Below, piece after piece: positions 17,585 through 26,602 of a stretch of 64,000 nucleotides of DNA. The position numbers and the translations under genes were made by a program. The DNA comes from an uncultured Erysipelotrichaceae bacterium (GTDB lineage Bacteria; Bacillota_I; Bacilli_A; Erysipelotrichales; Erysipelotrichaceae): positions 18,947 to 82,946 of the forward strand of contig CAKUWO010000001.1 of NCBI GenBank assembly GCA_934699415.1, given 5' to 3'. Below the pieces are notes generated by a model. The model was not told the DNA's origin. It did not search any database and saw only the letters and a list, made by a program, of their open reading frames with translations. Each line of letters starts with the position of its first letter. Positions within the stretch are counted from its first letter, which is position 1.

Positions 17585-18427
17585 ATGATTAAGATTATTT
17601 CGGATTCCTCTACTCTTTATACTGTGAGTGAGGCTAAGGACAAAGGTTTTTACTCTGTCCCATTACATGTAACTATCGGCAATGATTCTTATCGTGATCT
17701 TGAAGATATCAGTTCAGAACAATTGCTCAAAATGATTGAAGATGGAGCTATTCCTAAAACATCGCAACCATCTATCGGCGAAAAAATTGCTTTATATGAT
17801 GAATTATCAAAAGATAATGAAGTTATCGATATCACAATGGCTGGTGGTTTAAGTGGCACATATCAAGCTGCTTTAACTGCTAAAAATACCTGTGAAAGAC
17901 CCGATAAGATTCACGTGGTTGACTCAATGACTTTATGTGGTCCTCATCGTTATATGGTTGATTTAGCACTTCAAATGGCAAAAGAAAATAAAAGTGTTAA
18001 AGAAATTATTGAAATGATCAAAAGCGCAAGAGCTAATGAAATTTCTTATCTTGTACCATTTGATTTTGATTTCTTAGTACGTGGAGGAAGAGTTAAAGGT
18101 TTAGCTGCTAAACTCGGTGGTTTATTAAAACTTATTCCAATACTTAAGAAGGGTGAAAATGGTGAAGGTTTAAATAAATTTGCAGTATGTAAAACAACTA
18201 GAAAAGCTATTTTAGATGTTGTAAACGACTTAAAAGAAGCTGGGGCAACAGCTAAAGCTACTTTCTATGTCTCACATGCTAATAATTTTGAATTAGCCGA
18301 TAAATTCGCTACAAAGATTAAAGAAGTATTTGAAGGAGCTAAAGTTATTATCTATCCTTTATCACCAGCCTTTATCTCACAAGGTGGACCAGATTGTGTT
18401 GCAATTCAATCAATAGAAATTAAATAA
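17585..18427 (+). CDS. DegV family fatty-acid-binding protein
   Basis: MIKIISDSSTLY N-terminus typical of DegV. I moved the start to ATG 17585, which has AGGGAG 5 nt upstream. The track start at 17561 is TTG. Confidence 0.85.
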   Translation: MIKIISDSSTLYTVSEAKDKGFYSVPLHVTIGNDSYRDLEDISSEQLLKMIEDGAIPKTSQPSIGEKIALYDELSKDNEVIDITMAGGLSGTYQAALTAKNTCERPDKIHVVDSMTLCGPHRYMVDLALQMAKENKSVKEIIEMIKSARANEISYLVPFDFDFLVRGGRVKGLAAKLGGLLKLIPILKKGENGEGLNKFAVCKTTRKAILDVVNDLKEAGATAKATFYVSHANNFELADKFATKIKEVFEGAKVIIYPLSPAFISQGGPDCVAIQSIEIK

Positions 18428-18450
18428 CCGCTAAAAAGCGGTTATTTTTT
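18423..18450. terminator. bidirectional terminator between the DegV and NUDIX genes
   Basis: Stem AATAACCGC/GCGGTTATT with T6 on the plus strand. It abuts both convergent stops. Confidence 0.65.
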
Positions 18451-18967
18451 ATCCTCTTGTTAAACGATAGACAAGAGCTATTGTTTTAGCATCATAAATA
18501 ATACCTTGTCTAATCATCTCTTCTAATTCTTCTAATGAATAATATAAAGTAGTAATATTTTCATCTTCATCAAAATGAGTTCCTACTTTTAAATCAGCTT
18601 CCCCTTGAAAAAGATGAATTCTCTCCGTTGTATAGCCACAAGATGGGGCAATAAAGCCATAATATTTAAGATTTTTAACAGTATACCCTAGCTCTTCTAC
18701 GCTTTCTCTTAAAATTGTTTCTTTAACATCTTCGCCTTCTTCAATCTTACCAGCACAAAATTCAACCATCTCTTCGCCTTGGGCGTAACGATATTGTTTA
18801 GTTAAAAGATATTTACCATCATAACCTTTTAAAGCAATGCAACATCCTCCGCGATGATGAACAACTTCTCTTTTAGCTTCTCTTCCATCATCTAAGCTAA
18901 CATCATCTAAGCTAACTCTAATCACTTTACCATCATAAATTTCTTTACTATTAAGTTGTTTTTCCAT
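18449..18967 (-). CDS. NUDIX hydrolase (ADP-ribose pyrophosphatase-like)
   Basis: Nudix box GKIEEGEDVKETILRESVEELG. 172 aa. Confidence 0.85.
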   Translation of the reverse strand: MEKQLNSKEIYDGKVIRVSLDDVSLDDGREAKREVVHHRGGCCIALKGYDGKYLLTKQYRYAQGEEMVEFCAGKIEEGEDVKETILRESVEELGYTVKNLKYYGFIAPSCGYTTERIHLFQGEADLKVGTHFDEDENITTLYYSLEELEEMIRQGIIYDAKTIALVYRLTRG

Positions 18968-19035
18968 ATTTTGCCTTTCTAATCTTTTAGCGTATTTTAA
19001 GGGTTTGTTGTAGAATTGAAGAATAGGAGAATCTC

Positions 19036-19578
19036 ATGTCAAATAAAAATAACACAAAAGATATTGAAACAACCGTTTCCGGCCGTAACATTTATGTTGA
19101 TGGTCATAAGACAATCTATCATAACCCTTTAACTAAAACTAACTATATCATCCGTAAAGATAAAGCTAAAGCTTTTACTACTTTCTCTTTGAGATTTTTA
19201 ATTGGTTTAATCACCGGTTATGGTTTTGGCTTACTCTTTAAAAAATGGTGGGCTGGTTTATTATTAGGACTTTTAGTATATGCTGTAATGGCTTTAATCT
19301 TTTACTTTAAGTTTCTTCCTGATTTACCTACTGAAATTCATTTCGTGCCATATAAAAAGCCAACAATGATTGATGATTTAGCAAGCACTGTCAGCAAAGG
19401 TAAACTCATTTCTTCATCTTTAATCTGTTTAGGATTAGCTGCTATTTTATTATCAAGAGTTGTTGTAAGTTATGAGGATAGTGGCTCTTTATTATCTCTT
19501 GATATTATCTTATCTATTCTTGTTGTCGGCTTTGCTATTGTTTGCTTTATCGCTAGCACTAAGTCCAAGAAGGAATAA
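19036..19578 (+). CDS. hypothetical membrane protein
   Basis: 180 aa with about 4 hydrophobic segments. SD AGGAGAA upstream of the ATG. No family motif recognised. Confidence 0.55.
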   Translation: MSNKNNTKDIETTVSGRNIYVDGHKTIYHNPLTKTNYIIRKDKAKAFTTFSLRFLIGLITGYGFGLLFKKWWAGLLLGLLVYAVMALIFYFKFLPDLPTEIHFVPYKKPTMIDDLASTVSKGKLISSSLICLGLAAILLSRVVVSYEDSGSLLSLDIILSILVVGFAIVCFIASTKSKKE

Positions 19579-20229
19579 ACTAGCTTCATAACAATCATTA
19601 ACCAAAACATCAGCCTCACTTTGGTCAATATTGAAATTAAAATCTTTAATTCCAATCACAAACATCTTCGCTCTTTTACCAGCTTGAATGCCATAATAAC
19701 TATCTTCAATAACAGCACATTCGCTTACATCAAAACCTAAGTCTTGTGCTGTTTTTTGATAAATTAAAGGATTAGGCTTTGATGCTTCTAAATCTCTTCC
19801 AGAATATATAAGATCAAAATAATCAAAAATCTTACTTTTCTTAAGATTATATTCTAAATAATCATAAGCACTTGAAGATGCTACAGCTAATTTAATACCA
19901 TTATCTTTTAATAATTTTAAAGCTAATGGGGTTGTTTTAAATAAATAGTCACTAACATCGTTATATACTTTCACTTGTTTAAGATATAAAGTTTTATTTT
20001 CTTCAAATTCTTCATAACTAATATCGCAATTTAAACACTGATATATTTTAAACCAGATATTCATTTTAGGATTAGTGCCAATCAATTCTTTAACCCATGA
20101 GCGTTCATAATGATAGTGATAATAATCAAGAAAATCACAGAAAGCTTGATGATGAGCAACTTCTGAATTATATAAGACCCCATCAAAATCAAATATAACT
20201 GCTTGTGGTTTATTAATTGTCATATACAT
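19510..20229 (-). CDS. HAD-superfamily hydrolase (beta-phosphoglucomutase-like subfamily)
   Basis: Motif I VIFDFDGVL, later SSS and KPNP...EDS motifs. The last ~25 aa overlap the convergent gene. Confidence 0.8.
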   Translation of the reverse strand: MYMTINKPQAVIFDFDGVLYNSEVAHHQAFCDFLDYYHYHYERSWVKELIGTNPKMNIWFKIYQCLNCDISYEEFEENKTLYLKQVKVYNDVSDYLFKTTPLALKLLKDNGIKLAVASSSAYDYLEYNLKKSKIFDYFDLIYSGRDLEASKPNPLIYQKTAQDLGFDVSECAVIEDSYYGIQAGKRAKMFVIGIKDFNFNIDQSEADVLVNDCYEASLFLLGLSASDKANNSKADNKNR

Positions 20230-20257
20230 ATAATAATATTAAGTAAGGAATATTGAT

Positions 20258-20467
20258 ATGAAAATTAAACAAAATCACTTATGCCCTGTATGTTATCGCT
20301 ATGAATTTAATGAATTAAACTCCTATCTAATATGCCCTTATTGTGCTTGGGAAGATGATTTATATATGGAAAATCATCCCGATGACGATAATGGCGCTAA
20401 TGAATTATCTTTAAATGAATATCGTAAAAAGTATCAAGATTCAAATACTATTCATATCATAAAATAA
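20258..20467 (+). CDS. CPCC-family cysteine-rich small protein
   Basis: CPVC...CPYCAWEDD four-Cys pattern characteristic of the CPCC family. 69 aa. Confidence 0.7.
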   Translation: MKIKQNHLCPVCYRYEFNELNSYLICPYCAWEDDLYMENHPDDDNGANELSLNEYRKKYQDSNTIHIIK

Positions 20468-20489
20468 GAGCTACTCATAAGTAGCTCTT
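20466..20489. terminator. bidirectional terminator shared by the CPCC gene and the GLUG gene
   Basis: Perfect 10-bp stem AAGAGCTACT/AGTAGCTCTT with a 4-nt loop, lying between two convergent stops. Confidence 0.7.
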
Positions 20490-20493
20490 ATTC

Positions 20494-23400
20494 TTATTTA
20501 AAATTAACCTTACAAGATAGACTTGTTAAAGCACCATCAATTTTGATATTTAAGGAACAAATCTTGCCATCCTTCAGCATTAAATTCATTTCCCCATTTT
20601 TTAAAGAAACATCTAAATCGCTAAATTCTTTAATAATATTTTTCATCTGTTCTTCATCAAGATTGAAATTATAATATTTCTCATCGCCATAGCTGTTATA
20701 ACTTAGCTTAGAATTCATAGCGATATCATAAACCACATCAATCAATTTATCTAAATTAACATATTGAGGATTAAGGCTATAATCAAAGTTGTCTTTAACC
20801 TTTAATGGTCCAATTTCTGCTTCTAGCTCGATATTTACATTACGATAATCTAATGAAGTAAAAGCATAATATAATTCCACCACATCATCGCTTAATAAAT
20901 TAATGACATCTTCTTCTTTTGCTTCTTTAACTTTATTAGGGATATTAACATCAAATTCTTCATTTAATTTAATATCTACTCTTAAAGAATAAGTATTATC
21001 TTCAATAACACCATCACTAATAAAGCTTAAACGTTCTGCTTTATTATCTTTAATAGCCAATTCAACCGTCATTGGACTTTCAACATTATAAGAAGTATTA
21101 GGCAATAAGACTTCCATAACACTCTTCATCTCATTAGATGATAGTTTTAATGAGTAAACATCATCTATCTTTTTAACATTTTCTTTTAAGAAGAAATCAT
21201 AAGCCATTGAAATTAAAGAATCATAATCGATATTATAATTATCAATCTTAAATGCTGTACCATCTTCTAAATAGATAATATTATTCTTAAGATAGAAATT
21301 ATTATTTGCTAAATCAATAACTTTATAACCATCTTTTCGTGCTACTTTAACGGTCTTCTTAAATGAGTTAGGACCTTCATCATAATTAATATCTATTTCA
21401 GCACTATAAGAATCTTGTGATAAATAATCATTTAAATATTTATAAGCTTTAAATTCATTCTTTTTAGCAGTAAATACTAAAGCCACAATCATTAAAACAA
21501 TAACTACCGGAATAATATAACGTCCTTTATGACTATCATTTATTAAAATAACCATACTAGCTAAAACAATTAATAATGCTGCAATAGCAAAGACATAAAG
21601 CCAAGCATGATTATTACTTGCAACAATCAAAGTAGCTTGATTTTCATTTAAAGTGAATTTTTCATAAGAGCCAATTGTTTCATGATTTAGCTTAATCAAG
21701 CCTTCTTCACTGTCAATAAATAAATCGTCTTTTAAATCCATCAATAAGCGTACTACATGACTATCTCTAGCATCATTTGGAATATTTAGTTTGTAAATAT
21801 TTTTAATAGTATATGAATCAATAGAATAATCATCATTGCTTTGATAGAAGGTTAAGTTATCTTCTTCTTTAAAATCGCCTTCTACCAAACATACTTTTTT
21901 ACCATTTTGTTGCAAAGACGAAGCAAGCGTACTAACGTAAGGATTGTTTTCACCTACTGCTCTGATATCATGATTTAGATTATCTAAATTAGTAACATTC
22001 CACTTAATAAAATTACCATCTTCAGTTTTAATCTTTGGATAAATATCTTCATTAAAAGAACCACCAGCTTTAAAATAGATGGTCTTAACATTTTCATCAT
22101 CAACAATAAAGCTCATCTTTAAAGTGGCAAACATTTCATCTTTCTTACAAATGTCTTCATAAGATATAGGTTCAGCAATACCAGCATAACTAATCTGATT
22201 AATACCATCTAAACCATCATAAACAAAATAGTTTTTACTAATTTCGCCCTTTAAAACACCTGCAATAGCACCAATATTTTGACCATAATCAATCACTTGA
22301 ACCATTGACAAGTTATTTGAAATAGTTGCGCTGTCTGCTACTTGTCCAGCAATACCGCCAATATAATTCTTACCACTTAAGAAATTCTTAGCGCTATTAT
22401 TTACAACTCTTCCTTTAGCTGTGCCACAAATGCCACCTACATTGTTTCCAGCATCACTAAAGATATCGCCAGTATTCTTATTATCAGCAATATAACCTAA
22501 CACCTGTTTACCACAAATACCGCCAGCATCATTACGTTTCGCATTGATATAGCCTTCATTATTACATTCAACAATTAAAGCTCTTACTTCATATTTTTCA
22601 TTGCTATAAAGATCAAAAGAGAATAAATCATCATCTTCTTGATTATTAGCTTTTTGAATCGACATAACCCCAGCTATACCACCAACATTTAAATCACCTT
22701 TAATGGTTGCTTTATTATCGCATTTCTCAACTTTACCTTTACGAATATTAGCAACATTAATATATGACTTATCAATGTAGATACTCTCTTCCTTTTTATC
22801 AAGAATTGAAATAGCAGTATCTGAAATTTGGGTTACTTTACCTGATATTTCATTTACATTATCAGCCAATTGTTTAGTATCATCTTTTAATTGACTATTT
22901 AATTTCTTAGAACAATTAACTAATTTATCTAAAGCTTTATCAAGTTCGCTTAAATCAACATTAATTTCAAGATCTTCTAAACCACCATCTTCGGGTTTAT
23001 TAATTTCAAAATCAAGATTCTTTAAAGCATCGCCACCCTGTTTCAAAGCATCTGACATTGAATCAAGGGTTATTTTAATATCTTCAGCATTATCATTAAG
23101 ACTATTAGTTGTGTTATTAACTATGGTATTTAATTGTTTAAATTGATTTCTTAATTGACCAATGGTATTTAAAGAAATATCTTCTTTAATATCTGGTTCC
23201 ATCTGTCCTACAATACCGCCAACATCTTTTCGACCATCAATATCACCAGTATTTAAACAAGATGATACATAACCAGAGCTTCTTCCTACAACACCACCGA
23301 TATTATAACCAAGATGTTTATATCCGATAGAAGCACTGTTATTACAATTAATTACTTGTCCTGTGGAATAGCCTACAATGCCACCAGCATCAATAAAGGA

Positions 23401-24066
23401 ACTATCTGTTTTTAATAAATCTTCAATTGTTGAACTACCAATATCTTCAATTGATAAAGCTTCACTATTATCTCTTGTATTTACATTAGCTTCATTTTTA
23501 CAATCTTTGATAAGGCCGGTATTATAGCCAGCTATACCACCACTTTTAATCTTAGCTTCAATAAAACCATATGTTGAACAATTGATAATATCTCCTTGGT
23601 TATTACCTACAATGCCACCAACATTATTCTTCGCTATAACACTACCTTTAAAGCTTGAATTTTCAACTCTACCATAGTTAATTCCAACAATGCCACCAAC
23701 ATCTTCTGCTTTACCATCAGGAGAAATAAAACCTTCAATATTTAAATTTTTAACAACCCCTTCATTAGATAAAGTAGCTATAAAGCCATAAGGGGCATAT
23801 TTACCATCGGTTTTAAGATCCGATATTGTATGACCATTACCATCAAAAGTACCTGAGAAATAAGCGATATTAAAGTCATCAACATCCTTTAATGATAAAT
23901 CAGTATTTAAGCTTACTTTTAAACCAGAAGTATAAATATCACTATGACATTTTTCACTTAGTTCTACTAAATCTTTAATACTATTAATTTCATATGTATT
24001 AGTTTCAGCTTTTACTGGCGTTTGAAAAGTTAAAAACAAGACTAAAAGGATATTAATTATTTTCAT
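20494..24066 (-). CDS. large envelope protein: signal peptide, two blocks of GLUG-type repeats, helical spacer, TM hairpin, unknown C-terminal domain
   Basis: 1190 aa. N-terminal MKIINILLVLFLTFQTPVKA. Repeated GGIVG/GGIAG/GGICG motifs with N-x-G-x-I spacing. Hydrophobic hairpin LYVFAIAALLIVLASMVILI / YIIPVVIVLMIVALVFTA. The start overlaps the upstream stop (TAATG). Confidence 0.75.
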   Translation of the reverse strand: MKIINILLVLFLTFQTPVKAETNTYEINSIKDLVELSEKCHSDIYTSGLKVSLNTDLSLKDVDDFNIAYFSGTFDGNGHTISDLKTDGKYAPYGFIATLSNEGVVKNLNIEGFISPDGKAEDVGGIVGINYGRVENSSFKGSVIAKNNVGGIVGNNQGDIINCSTYGFIEAKIKSGGIAGYNTGLIKDCKNEANVNTRDNSEALSIEDIGSSTIEDLLKTDSSFIDAGGIVGYSTGQVINCNNSASIGYKHLGYNIGGVVGRSSGYVSSCLNTGDIDGRKDVGGIVGQMEPDIKEDISLNTIGQLRNQFKQLNTIVNNTTNSLNDNAEDIKITLDSMSDALKQGGDALKNLDFEINKPEDGGLEDLEINVDLSELDKALDKLVNCSKKLNSQLKDDTKQLADNVNEISGKVTQISDTAISILDKKEESIYIDKSYINVANIRKGKVEKCDNKATIKGDLNVGGIAGVMSIQKANNQEDDDLFSFDLYSNEKYEVRALIVECNNEGYINAKRNDAGGICGKQVLGYIADNKNTGDIFSDAGNNVGGICGTAKGRVVNNSAKNFLSGKNYIGGIAGQVADSATISNNLSMVQVIDYGQNIGAIAGVLKGEISKNYFVYDGLDGINQISYAGIAEPISYEDICKKDEMFATLKMSFIVDDENVKTIYFKAGGSFNEDIYPKIKTEDGNFIKWNVTNLDNLNHDIRAVGENNPYVSTLASSLQQNGKKVCLVEGDFKEEDNLTFYQSNDDYSIDSYTIKNIYKLNIPNDARDSHVVRLLMDLKDDLFIDSEEGLIKLNHETIGSYEKFTLNENQATLIVASNNHAWLYVFAIAALLIVLASMVILINDSHKGRYIIPVVIVLMIVALVFTAKKNEFKAYKYLNDYLSQDSYSAEIDINYDEGPNSFKKTVKVARKDGYKVIDLANNNFYLKNNIIYLEDGTAFKIDNYNIDYDSLISMAYDFFLKENVKKIDDVYSLKLSSNEMKSVMEVLLPNTSYNVESPMTVELAIKDNKAERLSFISDGVIEDNTYSLRVDIKLNEEFDVNIPNKVKEAKEEDVINLLSDDVVELYYAFTSLDYRNVNIELEAEIGPLKVKDNFDYSLNPQYVNLDKLIDVVYDIAMNSKLSYNSYGDEKYYNFNLDEEQMKNIIKEFSDLDVSLKNGEMNLMLKDGKICSLNIKIDGALTSLSCKVNFK

Positions 24067-26471
24067 TAGTCCTCATCCTCCTTTTCTGCTTTACCATTGA
24101 TAATTCTTAAATCAACATCACCATCAATCGTACCCTTAATAATACCTTTAAAGGTACCATTAATCGTACCATTGACTAAACCATCAACAATAACCTTGCC
24201 ACTTTCTTTCGCATTACTATTTTTAGTTGGCATCTTAAATGAGGTCATATCAACAAGCTTAGAACCAATTAATAAAACTTGCGGCAAGACAAACATTACC
24301 ATAAGCATTGAAATAATTGTTCCCTGTCCTATGGTACCAATACCAACAATGGCAGCATCAGATGTGATTCTTCCAAGTAATAAACCAGCTGTCGCTAAAA
24401 CCGTACCAGAAGTAATAATAGTTGGGAATGCAAAGTTAAGTGTTTCAATAATTGCATCTTCATGTGACATTTGATTCTTTAATTCAGTAAAACGGTTACC
24501 AATGACGATGGCATAGTCGATATTAGCACCCATCTGAATTGAAGAGACGATCAAATATGATAAGAAGAAGATATATTTATTTTGAATTGTAGGGATGGAG
24601 AAGTTAACCCAAATAGCACCTTCAATAATCAAGATCAAAAGAATTGGCATCGCTACAGAGTTAAAGGTGAACAAAAGAACTGCTAGAACAATTAAGATTG
24701 AAACAACTGTAACAACTACATTATCTCTTGAGAATGACTTTAAAAAGTCATATTCCGTTGTTGATTCTCCTACAACATAAATATCTCCATCAAAATATTT
24801 ATGTCCAGTATCTCTTAAAGTATCTAAGAAATGATATGTTTCTTCTCCTGATACTGGAAGATTTAAATAAACCAAGATACGATTATATTTTTCACCTTGT
24901 AATTGTGCTTTAGCTGATTGCATTTGTACTTTTGCATCATTTAAAGTCTTTGTTTGATCATCATCTAAAGTTATTAAACCATCATCAACTTTCTCACATG
25001 CATAAAGCAACATATCAATTAAAGGTACTTTGTAATTTGATATATCATTGATAATTTGACCGTAATCTTCTTGATTAACAGCATAGAACGAATAGACTAA
25101 TTCCGATATTTCATAATCAAGATCTGTTAATTCAGCAAATTCACGTGGTGTAAGCTTATCTTCTAACATATATCCGCCAATAGCTTCAACATTAGATAAA
25201 CCCATGCAATGATCTACTTCTGAATGTGATTCAATTTCGTCAATCATCTTAGCTTCTAGCTCATAATCATCACTCGGATATACTAAAGCAACAAAGTTTT
25301 GTGAGCCAAAGGTTTCATTAATGGTATTTTTAGCTTGTTGAACATCGTTGATTTTAGGCGTATCAATCGGTCCATAACCATAGGCATAAGGACAACGATT
25401 ACTTAAAAAGAAACCAATTACCAAAACTATTGCAAACAAAGGAGGAACAATATATCTTGTCTTATAGTCAAATTTTCCAACAAAAGGAATCTTAGGCACA
25501 AAGTCTTTATGTTTAGTTTTATCCATCAATGGACCAAACAACATCAATAATCCTGGCATAATGATAAAGACACTTAATAAAGCGAAGATAATAGCTTTAA
25601 TAAGACAAATAGCCATATCAAAACCAATTCTAAATTTCATGAAACACATGGCGATTAAACCACCAATAGTAGTTAAAGAACTGGCACCAATTTCAGGAAT
25701 ACCTTTTGATAAAGCCATAATAACAGCTTCTCTTAAAGGAAGGGTTTCATATTCCTCTTTAAAACGGTTGCATAAAATAATCGCATAGTCTAAAGACAGT
25801 GCTAATTGCAAGATTGATGTAACTGAATTAGAGACGAAAGAAATTTTACCTAATAAGAAAGTTGTACCATTATTTAATATCATCGCTGATAAGAAAGTTA
25901 AGATCAAGACTGGTACTTCAGCATATGTTTTAGAAGTAAAAATCAATACAGCTAATACTATAACAGCTACAATAATAGTAATTAACCCTACTTCTTTATC
26001 AAGAATAGCTGCCTCTTGATTGCCTAAAGAAGTTGATATAAAAACATCTTCTTCTTTTAAACATTCTTTAACCGCTTCAAGTGAAGTTAGACATTTATCA
26101 TCTGTTTCTGGATAATCAAAAGTTATATCATATAGGGCACTTGCATGATTATAATCATAATTAATAGACTGTACCCCTTCTACATCTTTTAATAAATCAT
26201 TTAATACTTCGCCTTTATTTTTATCAACATTGGCTACCATAACTCTGGCTGTACCATAAGTTACAAATTGATCATCCATTAAATCAAGACCTAATTTAGC
26301 TTCTGAGTCTACTGGCAAATATTCACTTAATTGGTTTTCTACTTGAATCCAGTTTTTAGAAACCAATGAAAATACTAAGGCAATAATTGTAAGTAAAAAT
26401 ATTAAATTACGTTTATCAACAACTAAAGTTGCTATTTTAACCATTGCATTATTATCTTTATTTTCTTGCAT
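24066..26471 (-). CDS. MMPL/RND-superfamily transporter permease
   Basis: 801 aa with a 1+5 / 1+5 TM layout and two large extracytoplasmic loops, the MMPL-type pattern. SD AAGGAGGG upstream of the ATG. Confidence 0.8.
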   Translation of the reverse strand: MQENKDNNAMVKIATLVVDKRNLIFLLTIIALVFSLVSKNWIQVENQLSEYLPVDSEAKLGLDLMDDQFVTYGTARVMVANVDKNKGEVLNDLLKDVEGVQSINYDYNHASALYDITFDYPETDDKCLTSLEAVKECLKEEDVFISTSLGNQEAAILDKEVGLITIIVAVIVLAVLIFTSKTYAEVPVLILTFLSAMILNNGTTFLLGKISFVSNSVTSILQLALSLDYAIILCNRFKEEYETLPLREAVIMALSKGIPEIGASSLTTIGGLIAMCFMKFRIGFDMAICLIKAIIFALLSVFIIMPGLLMLFGPLMDKTKHKDFVPKIPFVGKFDYKTRYIVPPLFAIVLVIGFFLSNRCPYAYGYGPIDTPKINDVQQAKNTINETFGSQNFVALVYPSDDYELEAKMIDEIESHSEVDHCMGLSNVEAIGGYMLEDKLTPREFAELTDLDYEISELVYSFYAVNQEDYGQIINDISNYKVPLIDMLLYACEKVDDGLITLDDDQTKTLNDAKVQMQSAKAQLQGEKYNRILVYLNLPVSGEETYHFLDTLRDTGHKYFDGDIYVVGESTTEYDFLKSFSRDNVVVTVVSILIVLAVLLFTFNSVAMPILLILIIEGAIWVNFSIPTIQNKYIFFLSYLIVSSIQMGANIDYAIVIGNRFTELKNQMSHEDAIIETLNFAFPTIITSGTVLATAGLLLGRITSDAAIVGIGTIGQGTIISMLMVMFVLPQVLLIGSKLVDMTSFKMPTKNSNAKESGKVIVDGLVNGTINGTFKGIIKGTIDGDVDLRIINGKAEKEDED

Positions 26472-26491
26472 CTTAACCCTCCTTTTCTTAT

Positions 26492-26509
26492 TTGTTCAAA
26501 ATAGAACAA
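26492..26509. promoter_or_regulatory. operator-like perfect palindrome in the MMPL leader
   Basis: TTGTTC-AAAATA-GAACAA, located between the -10 and the SD. Confidence 0.45.
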
Positions 26510-26514
26510 TTACT

Positions 26515-26542
26515 ATATTAGCTAATCTAGGTTAAATGTCAA
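26515..26542 (-). promoter_or_regulatory. promoter of the MMPL-GLUG operon
   Basis: Minus strand reads TTGACA (26542-26537), 16-nt spacer, TAATAT (26520-26515). Confidence 0.55.
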
Positions 26543-26551
26543 TTATTTTTA

Positions 26552-26590
26552 GTTAAAAAGAGAACTAATTTTAATAATTAGTTCTCTTAA
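26552..26590 (-). terminator. rho-independent terminator after upp
   Basis: Perfect 13-bp stem AAGAGAACTAATT/AATTAGTTCTCTT, followed by T5 on the minus strand. Confidence 0.8.
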
Positions 26591-26602
26591 AAAAGACATG
26601 TT

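Noticed and set aside
19470-19655. 61-aa minus-strand ORF within the HAD/membrane-protein overlap region.
   Set aside because: It lies in a different frame from the HAD gene across the same nucleotides and has no independent support. It is a by-product of the overlap region.
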